DNA of 64,000 nucleotides from Amoebidium appalachense (GCA_963693365.1 CAVNZM010000010.1:6511794-6575793), one strand, 5' to 3'; positions 1-12,823 are shown, counted from the stretch's first letter. The notes: a model not told the origin generated them from the letters alone. Made by a program: numbers and translations.

Positions 1-109
1 GGGAGGGGGGGGGGGGGGGGGGTATATGAGTGAGTGATGTTTATTGGGAGAGATGTGGTATGCATGCATAATACCCTGTACACCAGTCATGACGGGGGAA
101 CATTTTCAG

Positions 110-1063
110 AATCCGGGGCTGATCTGGAACTCCAAGCACACATTCCACTTCAAGCTGGGCGTGACCTTCCTCCAATGGCTGCAGCTCATGCTATACACCC
201 TCGTGACCCTCTCCCCGTGTCTCTTTGCTACATCCTTCTATTTCGGGATAGATCTGCTGCTTAAAGAACTACGCGGAACCTACCACCTACATTATCCGGC
301 CCACCTTGTCGACTACATGTTTGCGGCCTACGCAGGGCTCTACCTCCTATTCGTCCTTGGTCACATGACCGTGAAATTCTCAGGAATGCTCTACTATCCC
401 GCCCTGTTTATCAACGCAGGGTGCATAGGGGTGGTTGCGTACGAAGCCATGCGCATGCTGATCGTGCACATTGGCGATTTCGGCTGGTCTGCGCTATGGA
501 GTTCCGATCTTCTCACGTTTGTGATCGTCATTATGATGGGCCTACCGTTCGTTTTGGCGCTTTTCAACTCAGTCAAATCATTTTTGTACATGTGTATCAC
601 TTTCCCCGCCTATTTCCTCTTCCTACCTACGTTCGTGGGGTGGTTCGGCGCGTACGCTTTCTCGCGTACTTGGGATCTCACGTGGGGTAATCGTCCTTCG
701 GATCGGCTCGTTTCACACGCAGGTGCGGTGAGCGGAAAGAGCGTGAGCGAATCGCGATCGTCAATTAGGTGCAAAGGTGTTTTTATTGGCCTATTTCTGG
801 CCGTTCTGAACATCGGAATTGGATTCCTTCTTACGCACCTCAAGTGGTTTGTGTCGGAAAAAACCATCAACTATGTGTGGCTGGGGTTGGCTTTGTTTAT
901 GATTTCATTTTCCGTTGCAAACATGCTCTTCAGTTTCATTTTCTATGTTTTCTACACCCCTGTGTACTTTCTTAAAGAAAGTTGGAAGTTTGTTCGTGGG
1001 ACATTGTGCTGCTACAGGAAGGAGGAGAAGGATGGAACGGAATCGGAGGCAGCCATGCTTTAA
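110..1063 (+). CDS. Chitin synthase (GT2), final exon encoding the C-terminal multi-TM region; catalytic core lies upstream of the window
   Basis: Acceptor ttttcag at 103-109, then an open frame to TAA at 1061-1063. Several hydrophobic helices plus TFPAYFLFLPTFVGWFGAYAFSRTWDLTWGNRP, matching the chitin-synthase Y..lPT......YAF....D.(S/T)WG motif. QRRRW motif not in window. Confidence 0.78.
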   Translation, partial: NPGLIWNSKHTFHFKLGVTFLQWLQLMLYTLVTLSPCLFATSFYFGIDLLLKELRGTYHLHYPAHLVDYMFAAYAGLYLLFVLGHMTVKFSGMLYYPALFINAGCIGVVAYEAMRMLIVHIGDFGWSALWSSDLLTFVIVIMMGLPFVLALFNSVKSFLYMCITFPAYFLFLPTFVGWFGAYAFSRTWDLTWGNRPSDRLVSHAGAVSGKSVSESRSSIRCKGVFIGLFLAVLNIGIGFLLTHLKWFVSEKTINYVWLGLALFMISFSVANMLFSFIFYVFYTPVYFLKESWKFVRGTLCCYRKEEKDGTESEAAML

Positions 1064-1453
1064 CTAACAGTTGGTGTGAATGGGCTTCCTTTATGGACTT
1101 CCTTTATGGGCTTCCTTCCGTCGCCTCAAAGTTTAGGGTTGTTATCGGTTTTTTTATGGCTCCGTTTCATTTTCCCTATGGTTCTAATCTTTTGTAGTTT
1201 GGTTGCATATGTGTGGGTGGTGGTGGTTGGTGTTGGGGCCTGTTTCAAAATATGATGGTCATGTGTGCAAGTAGGTTGTTGTTGCCAATTCTTGCTTGCT
1301 TCATAGAGGAAGTGGTTGGTTTTCTTATGAAATGAAATGCTGCATATTGCTTTGTGGTACGGAATGTATGCAAATTAAAATGCCTGCCCCTGATATTTTA
1401 TTTCCCCTTGTTATTCTCTTTGGTGGTATTTTTCCAGGCCCAGCTGCGTGTTT

Positions 1454-1504
<51 letters not shown>

Positions 1505-1901
1505 ACGGTGATGAATGTCTATTGGTTTCTCTCTGTAAGAACCCAAAACCAACAGTTAGAAAACAGCAAGGAAAGATTATTGCACTACTTTCCGAAAATG
1601 ACACGGTTTGAGAATTAACTTATGTTACTGTTAGTTATGAGGACTGGTTTTTGAAACCAGAACTAAACTGTTAGATTTCCTGTCTGTGGCAGGTTTTATG
1701 TTATTGCTATTGAATACAAGATGTGTAATAAAGCTGAAACTACAACAAAGACCTCATCAACACCCATAACCGTTACATGCACATGTGGTGCCGAAGTGCA
1801 TGAGTCACACCTCAGAGTCAGATATGTACATGCTTCATGGATGAGTATACTGTCAGTCATGTCTTGCACGTGCGCGCGTGTGTGGGCGCCGTTAAGTGCG
1901 C

Positions 1902-1939
<38 letters not shown>

Positions 1940-2164
1940 CTCACGTGCGTGTGTGTTACCGTTTGTTTGTGTATATGCACGTGTGTGTGTGTCACTGTGT
2001 GTGCGAGCGGGCACGCGCCCGTGTGTGATGGTGCGGACCTGTCGCCCGTGTGCGTGCTACTATGTTTATGTCTCCCTCTCAGTGTGTGTGTGTTTGTGTG
2101 TGTTTCTGTGTCCGTATCCGTGTCTCGTAGTATGTGTGTGTGTGTTGTGTGTGCGCGTGCGTGT

Positions 2165-2201
<37 letters not shown>

Positions 2202-2628
2202 TGTGTATGTGCGTGCGTGCATGTGTCTTTGTATACGACAATTTGGGATATGCAGTGTGCCAATGTGGTTATAAATGGGAGCGTGTGAGTGAGGATTAAA
2301 AGGAGGGCGGGACAGGGGGGGGAGAAGGGGGGGAGGTGGGGGGAGGGGGGGGACGGGAGGGAGAGATGTATACAGGGAACTAGAATACTTGAAGATCGAG
2401 ACAGAGAGAGAGAGAGTCTCAGAGAGAGAGAGAAAGGGGGGGGGGGAGGGGGTGAGGGAGGGGAGGGGGGGGGGGGGGACTCCGAGGGAGGGGAAGGGGG
2501 AGGGAGGGGGAAGGGAGGTGGGAGGGGGAGAGACTGGGAGGGAGGAGGGGGAAGAAAGAGGGAGAAAGTGTGTGTGTGTGTGTGTCACGGTGTTTGAGCT
2601 CGAGAAAGAGAGAGAGGGGGGGGGAGGG

Positions 2629-2663
<35 letters not shown>

Positions 2664-4020
2664 GGAACGGAGGGGGAGAGGGGGTGAGGGAGAGAGGGGC
2701 GAATGTGTGTGTGTACATGTGTGTGAAAAAGAAGAGGGTGGGGGGGGGGGGGAGGGGGGGGAATCCGGGAAGGGGGGAGGGGGGAGGGGGAGGGGGAGGG
2801 GGAGGGGGGAGGGGGGGGGGGGGGGGGGGGGGAGACGGAAACAGGAGATGCCTGTGTACGTATTTCGCGTGCACGCCACGATGGAATCCAATTAAACCAG
2901 GCTGCATGCATACGAATGATGTCATATGTATTGGCCAAGTACTGTATGTATGTAGCCTGCGCGTCCGTATGTACATATGCATGTACCCCATGCTATCGAT
3001 ACATGAGTATGTGCTCACTGCCTTATTTATGAAGACGGTTGGCGGCATAATTTGGCCGGTTTTTAAGCCTCCCTTCGAATTTCTGCCCACCGCTTGCTGT
3101 GTGCCTCGTCCGCGCCAGGCTGGTCGACGGAACCCAGATCATCGGTCATGATAAATCTATTCAAATCTATTGGTCATTTTGATTGGCATAGCGATCATCG
3201 TCTGGACTGGGGTAAAGGCTTGGTTGGGCAGTCGGTTTGAGTGGTGGTCGAAGCCACACGGCGTGTTGTGGGTTCATTTTACCTGTGTAGAGTTCCAAAT
3301 AGCGGGAGAAAAATAAATCCTGTATCAATATTTATATTGGCTTCTAATTGGTGCATGAAAGGTTCCTAAAAAGAGCTACAGTCAGCATGTCACTCCTACT
3401 CCTGACCAAACAAAACGCGGAAAGCTTTGAATACATGATTTACATCGCTCTTCATCTGAACCATATATGGGTTATGAAAAGCCCGCACTACATTCCTTTC
3501 AGGTTCCGCGGCATCATCCTAGATGAAAACACTTCGCGCTTTTTAGTTCTCGGGTCCAAACCGATAGTTACAACTAGTACACGACCTTTTTTCCTTACAG
3601 ATTGTTATTTCCTTCCAGCACCACCTCTAAAAAGAAGTGTGTGTACAAAGAGAGGCCGCCGCAAAGAGGGAGTCTAACTGTCTAGTGCCCACTCTCACAC
3701 TCGAAACAATTGCAAAGTAAAGACCTAGGTTTGGTCACCCAACTGAATAGATACGACTGCATTGCTTAGCTTGCCGGTAGACTACATAGAGGCACAAATT
3801 AGTATAGCACATCACCCATGAATGTATATACAAGCTTGCACACTCGTAAGTAAGAGAAGTTGTCGAATCCAGCCCTGAATACGAACCCTTGTTGGTCCCT
3901 CTAAAGCCACTCGACTACTGCGTTTATGCAGGGTATTTATTATTGCTACACCTGAAACAACACCAAAAACAGCCACTTTATACTTAACTACCACCGAATT
4001 TTAAAATCATCAGTCTGAAT

Positions 4021-4680
4021 ATGGCCGTTGCCACTGCTATTGGCGCTAGCGCAGCACTGAGCAGTATTGGCCTGACGGGGGGAACTTTTGGGCCCACACC
4101 CTCGCCTGTTCTCACCCCCACAGAGGTAATCTCGCTGGAGCTTGGGTCTCTTCGTCACGGTAAGCACACGATTCGATTCGAATTATTCAGGGAATAAGAA
4201 GTTTGGATTAGTTCCCACTGAAAGCCCTTCCACACCATACCCATAGCACACGAGGACACTCAAGTTGGTGCATACATTCTCAGGCCCACTCACACACAAA
4301 GACGAGTACACTCACACCGTCACACACACATGCACACAGACAGGTACACAGCGCACACATGCACGCACACATGCACGCACACACAAGAACATGCACACAC
4401 ACAGGCACATACATGTTCGGGGGCACACATGCACCTACCGTGCACACGTGGCACTGTTAAACTCACACATCCACAGTGCCGCACACACACATACACACGT
4501 TCAAGCACGTGTGCACAGTGCATGCACACACACATGCGGCACACACACACACACGCACACACACACACACACACACGCACACACACACACACCGCACTGA
4601 CACAAACCGCATACACACCCATACCCACACCCACACCCACACCCACACCCACACCCTCATGCCCGTACACATCCACCCAT

Positions 4681-4741
<61 letters not shown>

Positions 4742-6286
4742 GACATGCACACACGTGCGGCCGCAGACACACACGCACACGCACACGCACAGACTGTACA
4801 TGCATACACGCTCCGTGGCCGCCGCACAGACCTATTGAATAACGCAAGCAGAATAGCAACTACTGAGTACCACCACCCACACACATACATACTGTCATGT
4901 TCTTACGATTGCACACTGCAAGCACACACACGATTCGGCTTCACCATCAGGTTTCCAACACAAGCCGTGCTAGCCATAGTCACCGTGATTAAAAACCTTA
5001 CTCTGCTATGCACATTCATAGCTGCAGAATGGGCGAGAACTTTTGTCCCTTAGCTTTAGACAAGAAAGAAAGATTCAGGTGGAAAGAAGAAATGCCCCAA
5101 CCCCTCGTTGCTTTCCTTCCACCTTCTCGAATCTCAGCTCCCCCCTCTTCTCCCAAATGCCACCCTTCATTCCGATGTGAGCTACATCTGGTCGAAGTTG
5201 AAGCTAAATGATACTTTCCGCACCCCTTCACCCCCCCCCCCCCCCCCTCCCCTCGGCCTTCTCCTCCCCCCCCCCCCCCCCCCCCCCCCACCCCCCCACG
5301 CGCTCCTAGCTTGACCACATCTCTCCGGTCGCTCACACACAACATCAGGACTCCATTTCTCACCCCCCCCCCCCCCCAAAAAAAAAAAAGGGGGGGGGGG
5401 GGGAGGGGGAGGGGGGGGGGCCGGGGGGGGGGGAATGAACGGGAGGGAGGGGAAGCCATTCTCTTACTACCGGCTATGATCAATCTGAAGTACACACCTA
5501 ACCTCTTTGATGTTGTTGTCGCCATGCTTATGGTTTCTGACGGTCACCACACAGCCGACTACTTCACCGGGTTTCGGTTTGCCTCTCAAGACTTCCTGCA
5601 AAGTGTCGGAGGTAACTTCACAGGGTGAGTTCCTGATTTTTTTTCTCCCAAAAATCATCCGACTAAAAACGTTCACCTTAATAACATCAATATGACACAC
5701 AGGTGCTTAAGCCATAATAACTAACAGGAGCAGTTGACAGAAGAATTTAGATCCCGGACAAAAGCAAACTATTCCAAAACGACCATCTTCAAAACCCAAC
5801 ACAGAATAGCTCTTGGCACATTATTTCTTTACAACCAATAGTTATGTTGCTTGCACAAAACCAACCATGCAAAGTACAGATTAGCCATCTTGGTATACTT
5901 ACCGAGTGTATTCAGGCCTCTCGTCGTTCTTCGGCCACACCTTTGTTCGCTTCTTCCTGACCGTTTTTTTTCATTTATAGAACATATGAGCCGTATTGCA
6001 GTATGTATGAGAATATATATATATATGAGGGGGTTTTCGCTGTTTACTCGAGGCAAAGAGAGACCAGTCTTAGGTATGGGGGGGGTTTTGCTCGGAATAT
6101 CCCCTCAGCAGTATATCATGATCAAGTACATAGATGTCGGGTGATGATTATATATCATGGTTTACTTTCTCTACGAGGCACCTTAAAGACTAAGAAAAAC
6201 CAATTAGTTGGGTTCCCCGTTTTTTTTTTGTTTTTTTGGGTTTTTTTTTTTTTTTTCGGGCTCCCCTGGGACACTCGGTATCAGCT

Positions 6287-6364
<78 letters not shown>

Positions 6365-9300
6365 AGAATTTTGTAATGATGCGTTTCTCAAGCCAATCAA
6401 TACATCTAATAAACAGGTCATAGTTACGTGTGTTAAGTATAAAATCAAGGATGTTGTAATTTTCAGGTAGGCTATCTTTCTGGGTGTCTGTTGTGAATGT
6501 GTCGTAAGTGTGTTGCGGTATTATGTGGTCTATCAAAGTATATTTGGCGACACATGATCGTTTAAACTGGTGTGTGTGTGTGTTGTTTGGGCATGTAAAC
6601 GATGCCACCTTATACTTATTAGATCTCCACTGTATAGCACGTGTACAGTAAAAGCGTGGTTAGTGATCAATAATACCATCAGCAAGAGAAAGACCAGTTC
6701 TACAGGAAGGTAATATGTATTTAGGTGTTATACATTTGCGAGTGCCATATTTGGCAATATGGTTAAGGCGGTCATTATATATAATATATATGATTGAGAA
6801 ACCAAACGTGGAAGTCTCTGTGGCAAGTGGGTGAATCAGCTATAAACCACCTTCTTAAAAATCCCGCTCCCCGTTTTACTCCCGAGGCTCCGCCCACTAT
6901 CACCATCATCCATCCCTTTACCCTGTGTCGTTTTCAGGTTTTCTTCCGTCGTTTATCCCCCTGTGTGCGACTCACCTGACCACTCAATTTCCATTCCCTC
7001 TCCTCTCCACAGCCCACGTTTCCCCTCCTACCCCCCTTCCACCTCCCTCCTCTTCCCTTTACCCAACCCCTCCCCCCCCCCCCCCCCCCTGACCCGTCCC
7101 CCCTCCTCCCTACACACACACCTTCATAATTGCCCCCCCTCCCCTCCACCACCCCTGGTTCCTTCCCATTACCCCCCCCCCCCCCCCCCCCCCCCATCAT
7201 TGCCCTCCTGCCTTCCCTCCCTCCCTCCCCAACCCCCCAGATACACGGACACCATAGACAGCCATTATGGGATTATGCGGCTGCATGCGGCCTTTGCCAG
7301 CCACACCGTGACATCCAACCAATCACATGCCACAGTCCAGACACAGCTGGTCGGCCTGAGTGAGTATTCTGTCTCTTTAAGCCTACACGTAGGGAAAGCA
7401 GAAATCCTGAGACGTTCATTTTTCCTCTCTTTCCAAGGCAATCCTTCTATTCTTGTCCCCCTTTTCTCTTTATCTTGAAGCTAGCGAGGAAAGTTGAGTT
7501 GGTGGGTGGGTGGATGGGTTGGGTGGGGAGGGCAGGGCAGGCGGGCCGAGGGTTGAGGGGCGCCGGGGGAGGGGGGGGGGGGGGGGTCGGAGGGGAGGGG
7601 AGGGGGGGGGGGGGGGGTCGGCATTGCCGGTAGGGAGAGGCTGATAAAAAGTGCCGGACAAAGTGGAAAGGACAAGAGCGGAGATCGAAGAGTGGCGGTG
7701 CCGTTTTTATTTTTGTACTTTTGGGAGAAAAAAGAGGGGGGGGGGGACGGGGAGGCGACGAGCTTCGACACCGGCATATAAAACTGTGCGTAGCTGTAAG
7801 GTATTCTCGTCAGAAATCAACACTGCGGGTTGGTGGATTTTGTTTTCAGCGGATCTCGCTGACACTCGTTTCTGTTTTGTTGCAGGAGGGGAGGCAGACA
7901 CTATCCGTTTTGACCTTCGAAACCAGACACATGACCCATACCAGGTTTGGGCACCAAGCATGCACTTCCCCCCTCTCATTTCAAGTGGTTTTCACATATT
8001 CAGGCTGGCATTCGCACCCTGTTTTTCACCACCACGACTTGAGAATCTGGCAATGTCTATAAAGGGAAATCTCAGGTGTTACATGTGTTTTCAGCACCTC
8101 AAGTTTTACATTCCGGGACATTGTATGCGGAGTTTAATCATATTTGATCTATGCAGGGTTGCTGGATGATTGATGGGATAAGTCGAGTCTATGGGGAGAG
8201 GTCTGTGGAGCCAGACCCATCTATTGGGCCCTCAGAACTGGCCAGTCTTGAACTCGTCTATCTCAAGTCACATGATTTTGACGTAAGCCCCTTCCCTCTC
8301 TCCCCCCTCCCCCCCCCGTCCCCCCCCCCCGTTCCCCCGCCCCCTCCCCCTCCTCCCTCCCCCCCCTCCCCCGAGGCTCATCCCCACCTACATAACCAAC
8401 CACACCCCTCGTCCTTCCTCCTCTCCCTCCACCCTATTTACCTTCTCTCCCCCCTGTTACCCCAATCTGTTGTGTTTACTCCATACAACAAACCCATAAA
8501 TGCCTATCTCCGACGCCACCATGTTCAGTGGCCCAGTTTTATGTCCTCCCCCCCCCCCCCCCCCCCCAAACCCCCCCCTCCCCCTCCCCCCCTTTCCCCC
8601 CCCCCTCCCCCCCCCCCCACAAAAAAAAAAAAAAAGGTAAGAAAAGAAAGAAAAGAAAGAAAAATGCATACGTTGATTCATATCCCGAGCTATCGACAGT
8701 CCCTCTAGCCACCCATTATATCCCAATACCCTTGTCCCCCACCGCTTTCGATCCCTCCGGTACCATCTTTCTAATGGCCGCAGAAACCCGTTACCGAGCT
8801 AATGTAGTCACCCACGACCTTTTTTCCCCCCCACCTCCAGAACGCCGCAAATCTATTGGATCCCAGTGAGTCACGTGACCAGTATAAGGACATGGTGGGG
8901 GCATATTCCGAGCTGAGTGACTTTGTGGTGGTGAAGTCCGTCGACGAACAAATGACGGCAGTAATGGTGCACTGCTGCCCCTCCCCCCCCCCGCCCCCCC
9001 CCCCCCCTTCCCCCTCCCCCCCTTCTCCACCCTCCCCTCCTCCTTCCCGGACACACACACATACACCTCCACCCCCATTCCCTCCCACTGAAGATGCTGA
9101 AGATGTCTCTCACTCTCCCATTTTCCAAACCGCCGCTCACCTTCAATGGATTTCTTTTCTAACTCAACGCCTACCAAACGACGATAACGATATAGGTTGG
9201 TGTGCACGAGACGTCGGTTTGTGTGAACACGTAAAGATGTCACTGGTAACCAACCAACACTACTTCGTGCATAAATCGTTCTACACCTACCACACCATCT

Positions 9301-9924
9301 CCCCCCCCCCCCCCCCCCCCCCCCCCCCCACCCACCCCACCCCTCCGCTTCCCCCGGCTTCCCGGCCCTACCTCCCGTCGGCCCTTCTCCCGTCCTTCAC
9401 CTTTCCCCCCGACCTTTCTTCCCGATGCTGTCCCCCATCCTATGTTTAACCAGCCCCCCCCCCCCCCCCCCCCCTCTCTCTCTCTCTCCCCCCCTCCCCC
9501 CCCCCCCGGCCCCCCTCCCGGGGTCCTCCCCCCCTTCCCCACCTCCCTCACTCCCCCCTCTCCCCACCCCAACCCCCACCCTACAACCCCACACCGCCTC
9601 CTCCTCCCCTTTGCTCCCCTCCTGAGGATGGGCTCTGCTTATGATTCAAATTCTTTGAGTGTGCTGTGCAAAACGTTTTCTGTGCTGTCCTTCATGAATG
9701 TGTCCTTTGCATCATCTAAAACCCACTAACCCCCCCCCCCCCCCCCCCCCCCCATCCCCCCCCCCCCCCCCCTCCCTCCCTCCTCCCCCACGGCAACTTT
9801 TAGGCGGATAACCGCACACACGTATGGGTCAACACCACCGTGATGCTCTCCAATGGCTCCGACATGTATTTTGTGTGGCACATAGCCCAGCAGCCAAAGA
9901 ATGACTCCAGCTGCCCAGGTATAG

Positions 9925-9966
<42 letters not shown>

Positions 9967-12823
9967 CTCCCCCCCCTCCCCCCCTTCCGGCCACCCTATC
10001 CCCCCCCCCCCCCCCCTCCCCCCCCCCTTTCCTCCCCTGCCGTCACTCCATATCCCCCCTCTTCCCCCCCCCCCCCCCCCCCTGCCCCCCGTTCCTATTT
10101 CCCTCCATCCACCCCCCTCCCCCCCGTTCCTATTTTCCTCCCCCCTCCCCCTCCCCCCTCCCCCCCCCCCCCCCCCCCATTCGCCCCCTTTTTCCCCCTC
10201 CCCCCTCCCCGTTCCCATTTCCCTCCCTCCCCCAAAATCTTTCCAGACCGTCTCTTGCCTGTTCACAACCATTACGGTCCGCCAGTGCCTTTCAAAATAG
10301 CCTTGTTTTCTCAGATCTCTAAAACCTAAAATCTCTGGCTAGCTCCTTCTATCATTCCCTTGGAAAACACCTCGTTTAGTTACAGCCAATGTGATGATAC
10401 ATAACCCCCCCTCTGGCTAGCTCCTTCTATCATTCCCTTGGAAAACACCTCGGTTAGTTACAGCCAATGTGATGATACATAACCCCCCCTCTGGCTAGCT
10501 CCTTCTATCATTCCCTTGGAAAACACCTCGTTTAGTTACAGCCAATGTGATGATACATAACCCCCCCCCCCCCCCCCCCCCCCACCCACCAAACCACCCA
10601 CCCACCCACCCAGCCACCCGCCCACGGACCCACACAACCACCCACCCACCCACCTTACACCTCCCTCGGTACCACAACGGAAAAAAACAACAGGAAAAGG
10701 GGAAAAGATTAGTAGCTATACCCGCTCACTCACTCCAATCCTCATGGCCTTCCGCCTTCCCGGTGTATATTTTTGGTTGTCAGAAACCAACCACACTGTG
10801 GCCCTCACCCTGATTTGCCTCTTTAAGATACCAGTGCTCACCTTGTGTGTGCAGGGTGCTGGCATGTGAGTGACGTCATGGGCCGGGTGATTGTGCATCC
10901 GCCATTGGCTGTCCGTCAGTCGGATGATGCGTCCAAAGACACATATGGTATGGGTGCCCATGTACATTCCACGTGTTCACTAGAAAGGGATAGAGAGAGA
11001 GGCTAGAAAATAAGTGGAAAAGGTTGAAAAAAGGTAGGCAGGGAGGAGAAAGGGAGAAGGAAAGGAATGAATATTCAACGAACTCTAACTTAGGGTAAAT
11101 TTGGATGTGCAGGTGTTTTCGTTAACCTCCGAGGCTCCGGCTCTCTTGTCTTCTCATCACATTCTCTCTCTCTCTCTGTCTTCCCCCCCCCCCCCCCCCC
11201 CCGTTCCCCCCTTCCCCCCTCCCCCCTCCCCCCTCCCCCCCCCCCCCCCCCCCCGCCCCCTCCCCTCTCCCCTCTCCTCCCCCCCACCACCACCACCACA
11301 CGCACTTACCTTTTTCCCTGAGCAATCCCCTCCCCATCCCCCTCCACACAGATCCCCTCACCCTATGTATTCTCGTGAGCAATCCCCACCTCCCACCCGA
11401 GACAAACACAAAACATAGACAAATAACTCCTATGGAAATATAGTCAGCATTCCTTTTACAGTTTATGATACCAAAACACCCACACGCAAACTATTTGTCT
11501 ACAGGTCAGGCAGAGGATGAGAGTGGCCAGAGTCCCGCCTATCTCCTGTTCAAGCACCATCCTTTCCTGCAGTTTGCAGCCGTTTGCTGTGCAGGCGCCA
11601 TTCTATATTCCATCATGCGCGGTAACCTCCCTCCCCCCCCCCCCCCCCCCCCCCCCGCGCCCCCCGTCCCCCCGATCCCGTCCCTACCCCCGTATCCCTC
11701 TTCTACCCACCTCCTCGCTCTCGCCTCCCCTAATAACCCCCCTCCCCCTCTCCCTCTCCCCCAATTCCTTCAAACCGTGACACAAACCTCACCTCCTTGC
11801 TTCTTCTTCGTTTCCCACCTTATTCTCTCCATTTTCTCCCTCCCTCTCCATCTTTTCCACCTGGCCTAGTGCCGTCCCCCCTCCTCTTCTAATATCTGTA
11901 TCCAACTCTCTTCCCCCTCCAACCAAAATCCCTGGGGTTGCACTAGTTTTCTCTCTCCCATCATCCAGGCCCCATTGGTCTGGTTGGTCTTACGTCCTCC
12001 TATTTAACCAGTGATGCCCCTCCCCGCTCCCCCCCTCACCCCCCCCTACACACACACCCTCCTCGTCCCCCCCCCCCCGCCCTCCCTCCCTCCCCTCGCC
12101 CCTCCCAGGCTACACATTGTAACCCCCCTTTTATCTTTTTTTTTCCCCAATTTACCTCGAAATTTGGCTCTGAATATTCCGCCACGTAGAATGTTATAAC
12201 CGCTTTGAAAAAGATAGTACATTACACTTACACACTGCCCCATTCACTCTGCAGTGACCCTGTGTGCACTGTCCAAACTTGTGCTCTGGCACGACACCAC
12301 CACCCACCAACGCAGCAAGGTAGGACCAAACCCACCCCCCCCCCCCCCCCCCCCCCCCCCTTCCCCCCCCCCCCCCCCCCCCCCCCCCCGGCCCCCCACC
12401 CCCATCCAGGTTATGATGGTGAAGACTAATCCTCTGCAATTCAGCAACGAGAATAAAAAAAGACACGGATGTACCCCAGATTGATGGCTGTAATATTGCC
12501 AAGTAAACTCCTTCAAGACCAACCGATCAATAATCTGGAAAATAATCAGAACCACATACTTTCTACGTAAATTATAAAGGAACAACCATACCGGCTCAAC
12601 TTGTGAGAATAGATGCGAGATTCAGATAGGAATTAATGTGCACAAGCTTTTTCCCCTTTTCAGTTTAATTGGCAAAAACACAGGTAGCAATGTTCGCTGG
12701 GACCGTATGGGTACTAATAACCAAGAATGGTTATTTTTGCAGAGGAGTGCAGAGCGGCAACGGCTCATGGGAAATGATTCGACGAATATCATGCTGGCGG
12801 ACACAAACGACAATCATGCATAA
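4021..12823 (+). CDS. Secreted/single-pass membrane protein with two tandem DUF4864-like (NTF2-fold) domains, ~11 exons
   Basis: Phase-consistent GT-AG exons: 4021-4159, 5555-5624, 7241-7359, 7886-7944, 8157-8282, 8841-~8966, 9804-9918, 10855-10947, 11505-11621, 12256-12320, 12743-12823. Two repeats of P.P.l.P.E..SLEL..L..h / F...M...Y / ...GCW..(D/S). Hydrophobic N-terminus, many N-x-S/T sequons, TM segment [18 protein letters not shown]. Family assigned from motif recall; 5' end could extend further. Confidence 0.62.
6029..6784 (-). mobile_element. 5'-truncated non-LTR retrotransposon copy (family A): ORF C-terminus plus 3' UTR, in intron 2 of the DUF4864-like gene
   Basis: Colinear and highly similar to 34442-35192. 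Flanked by direct repeat tatatatga (6020-6028 and 6785-6793). Minus-strand 3' end ...cagcgaaaaccccc. Confidence 0.88.
9615..9753 (+). mobile_element. Short diverged 3'-end copy of the family B element
   Basis: 22-nt identity cctgaggatgggctctgcttat (9621-9642 = 29965-29986), with patchy colinear similarity on to acccactaac and a long C-run. Confidence 0.6.
10333..10566. repeat. Tandem repeat, 3 x 78 bp, intronic
   Basis: Unit ctctggctagctccttctatcattcccttggaaaacacctcgtttagttacagccaatgtgatgatacataacccccc starts at 10333, 10411 and 10489; one substitution seen. Confidence 0.95.

Noticed and set aside
6938-6962. Extra micro-exon in the DUF4864-like gene (ttttcag|g...)
   Set aside because: Exons 5624 and 7241 join in phase without it and align better with the second repeat.
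10333-10566. Box C/D snoRNA array (GTGATGA in each unit)
   Set aside because: No CTGA D box or terminal stem at a suitable distance.
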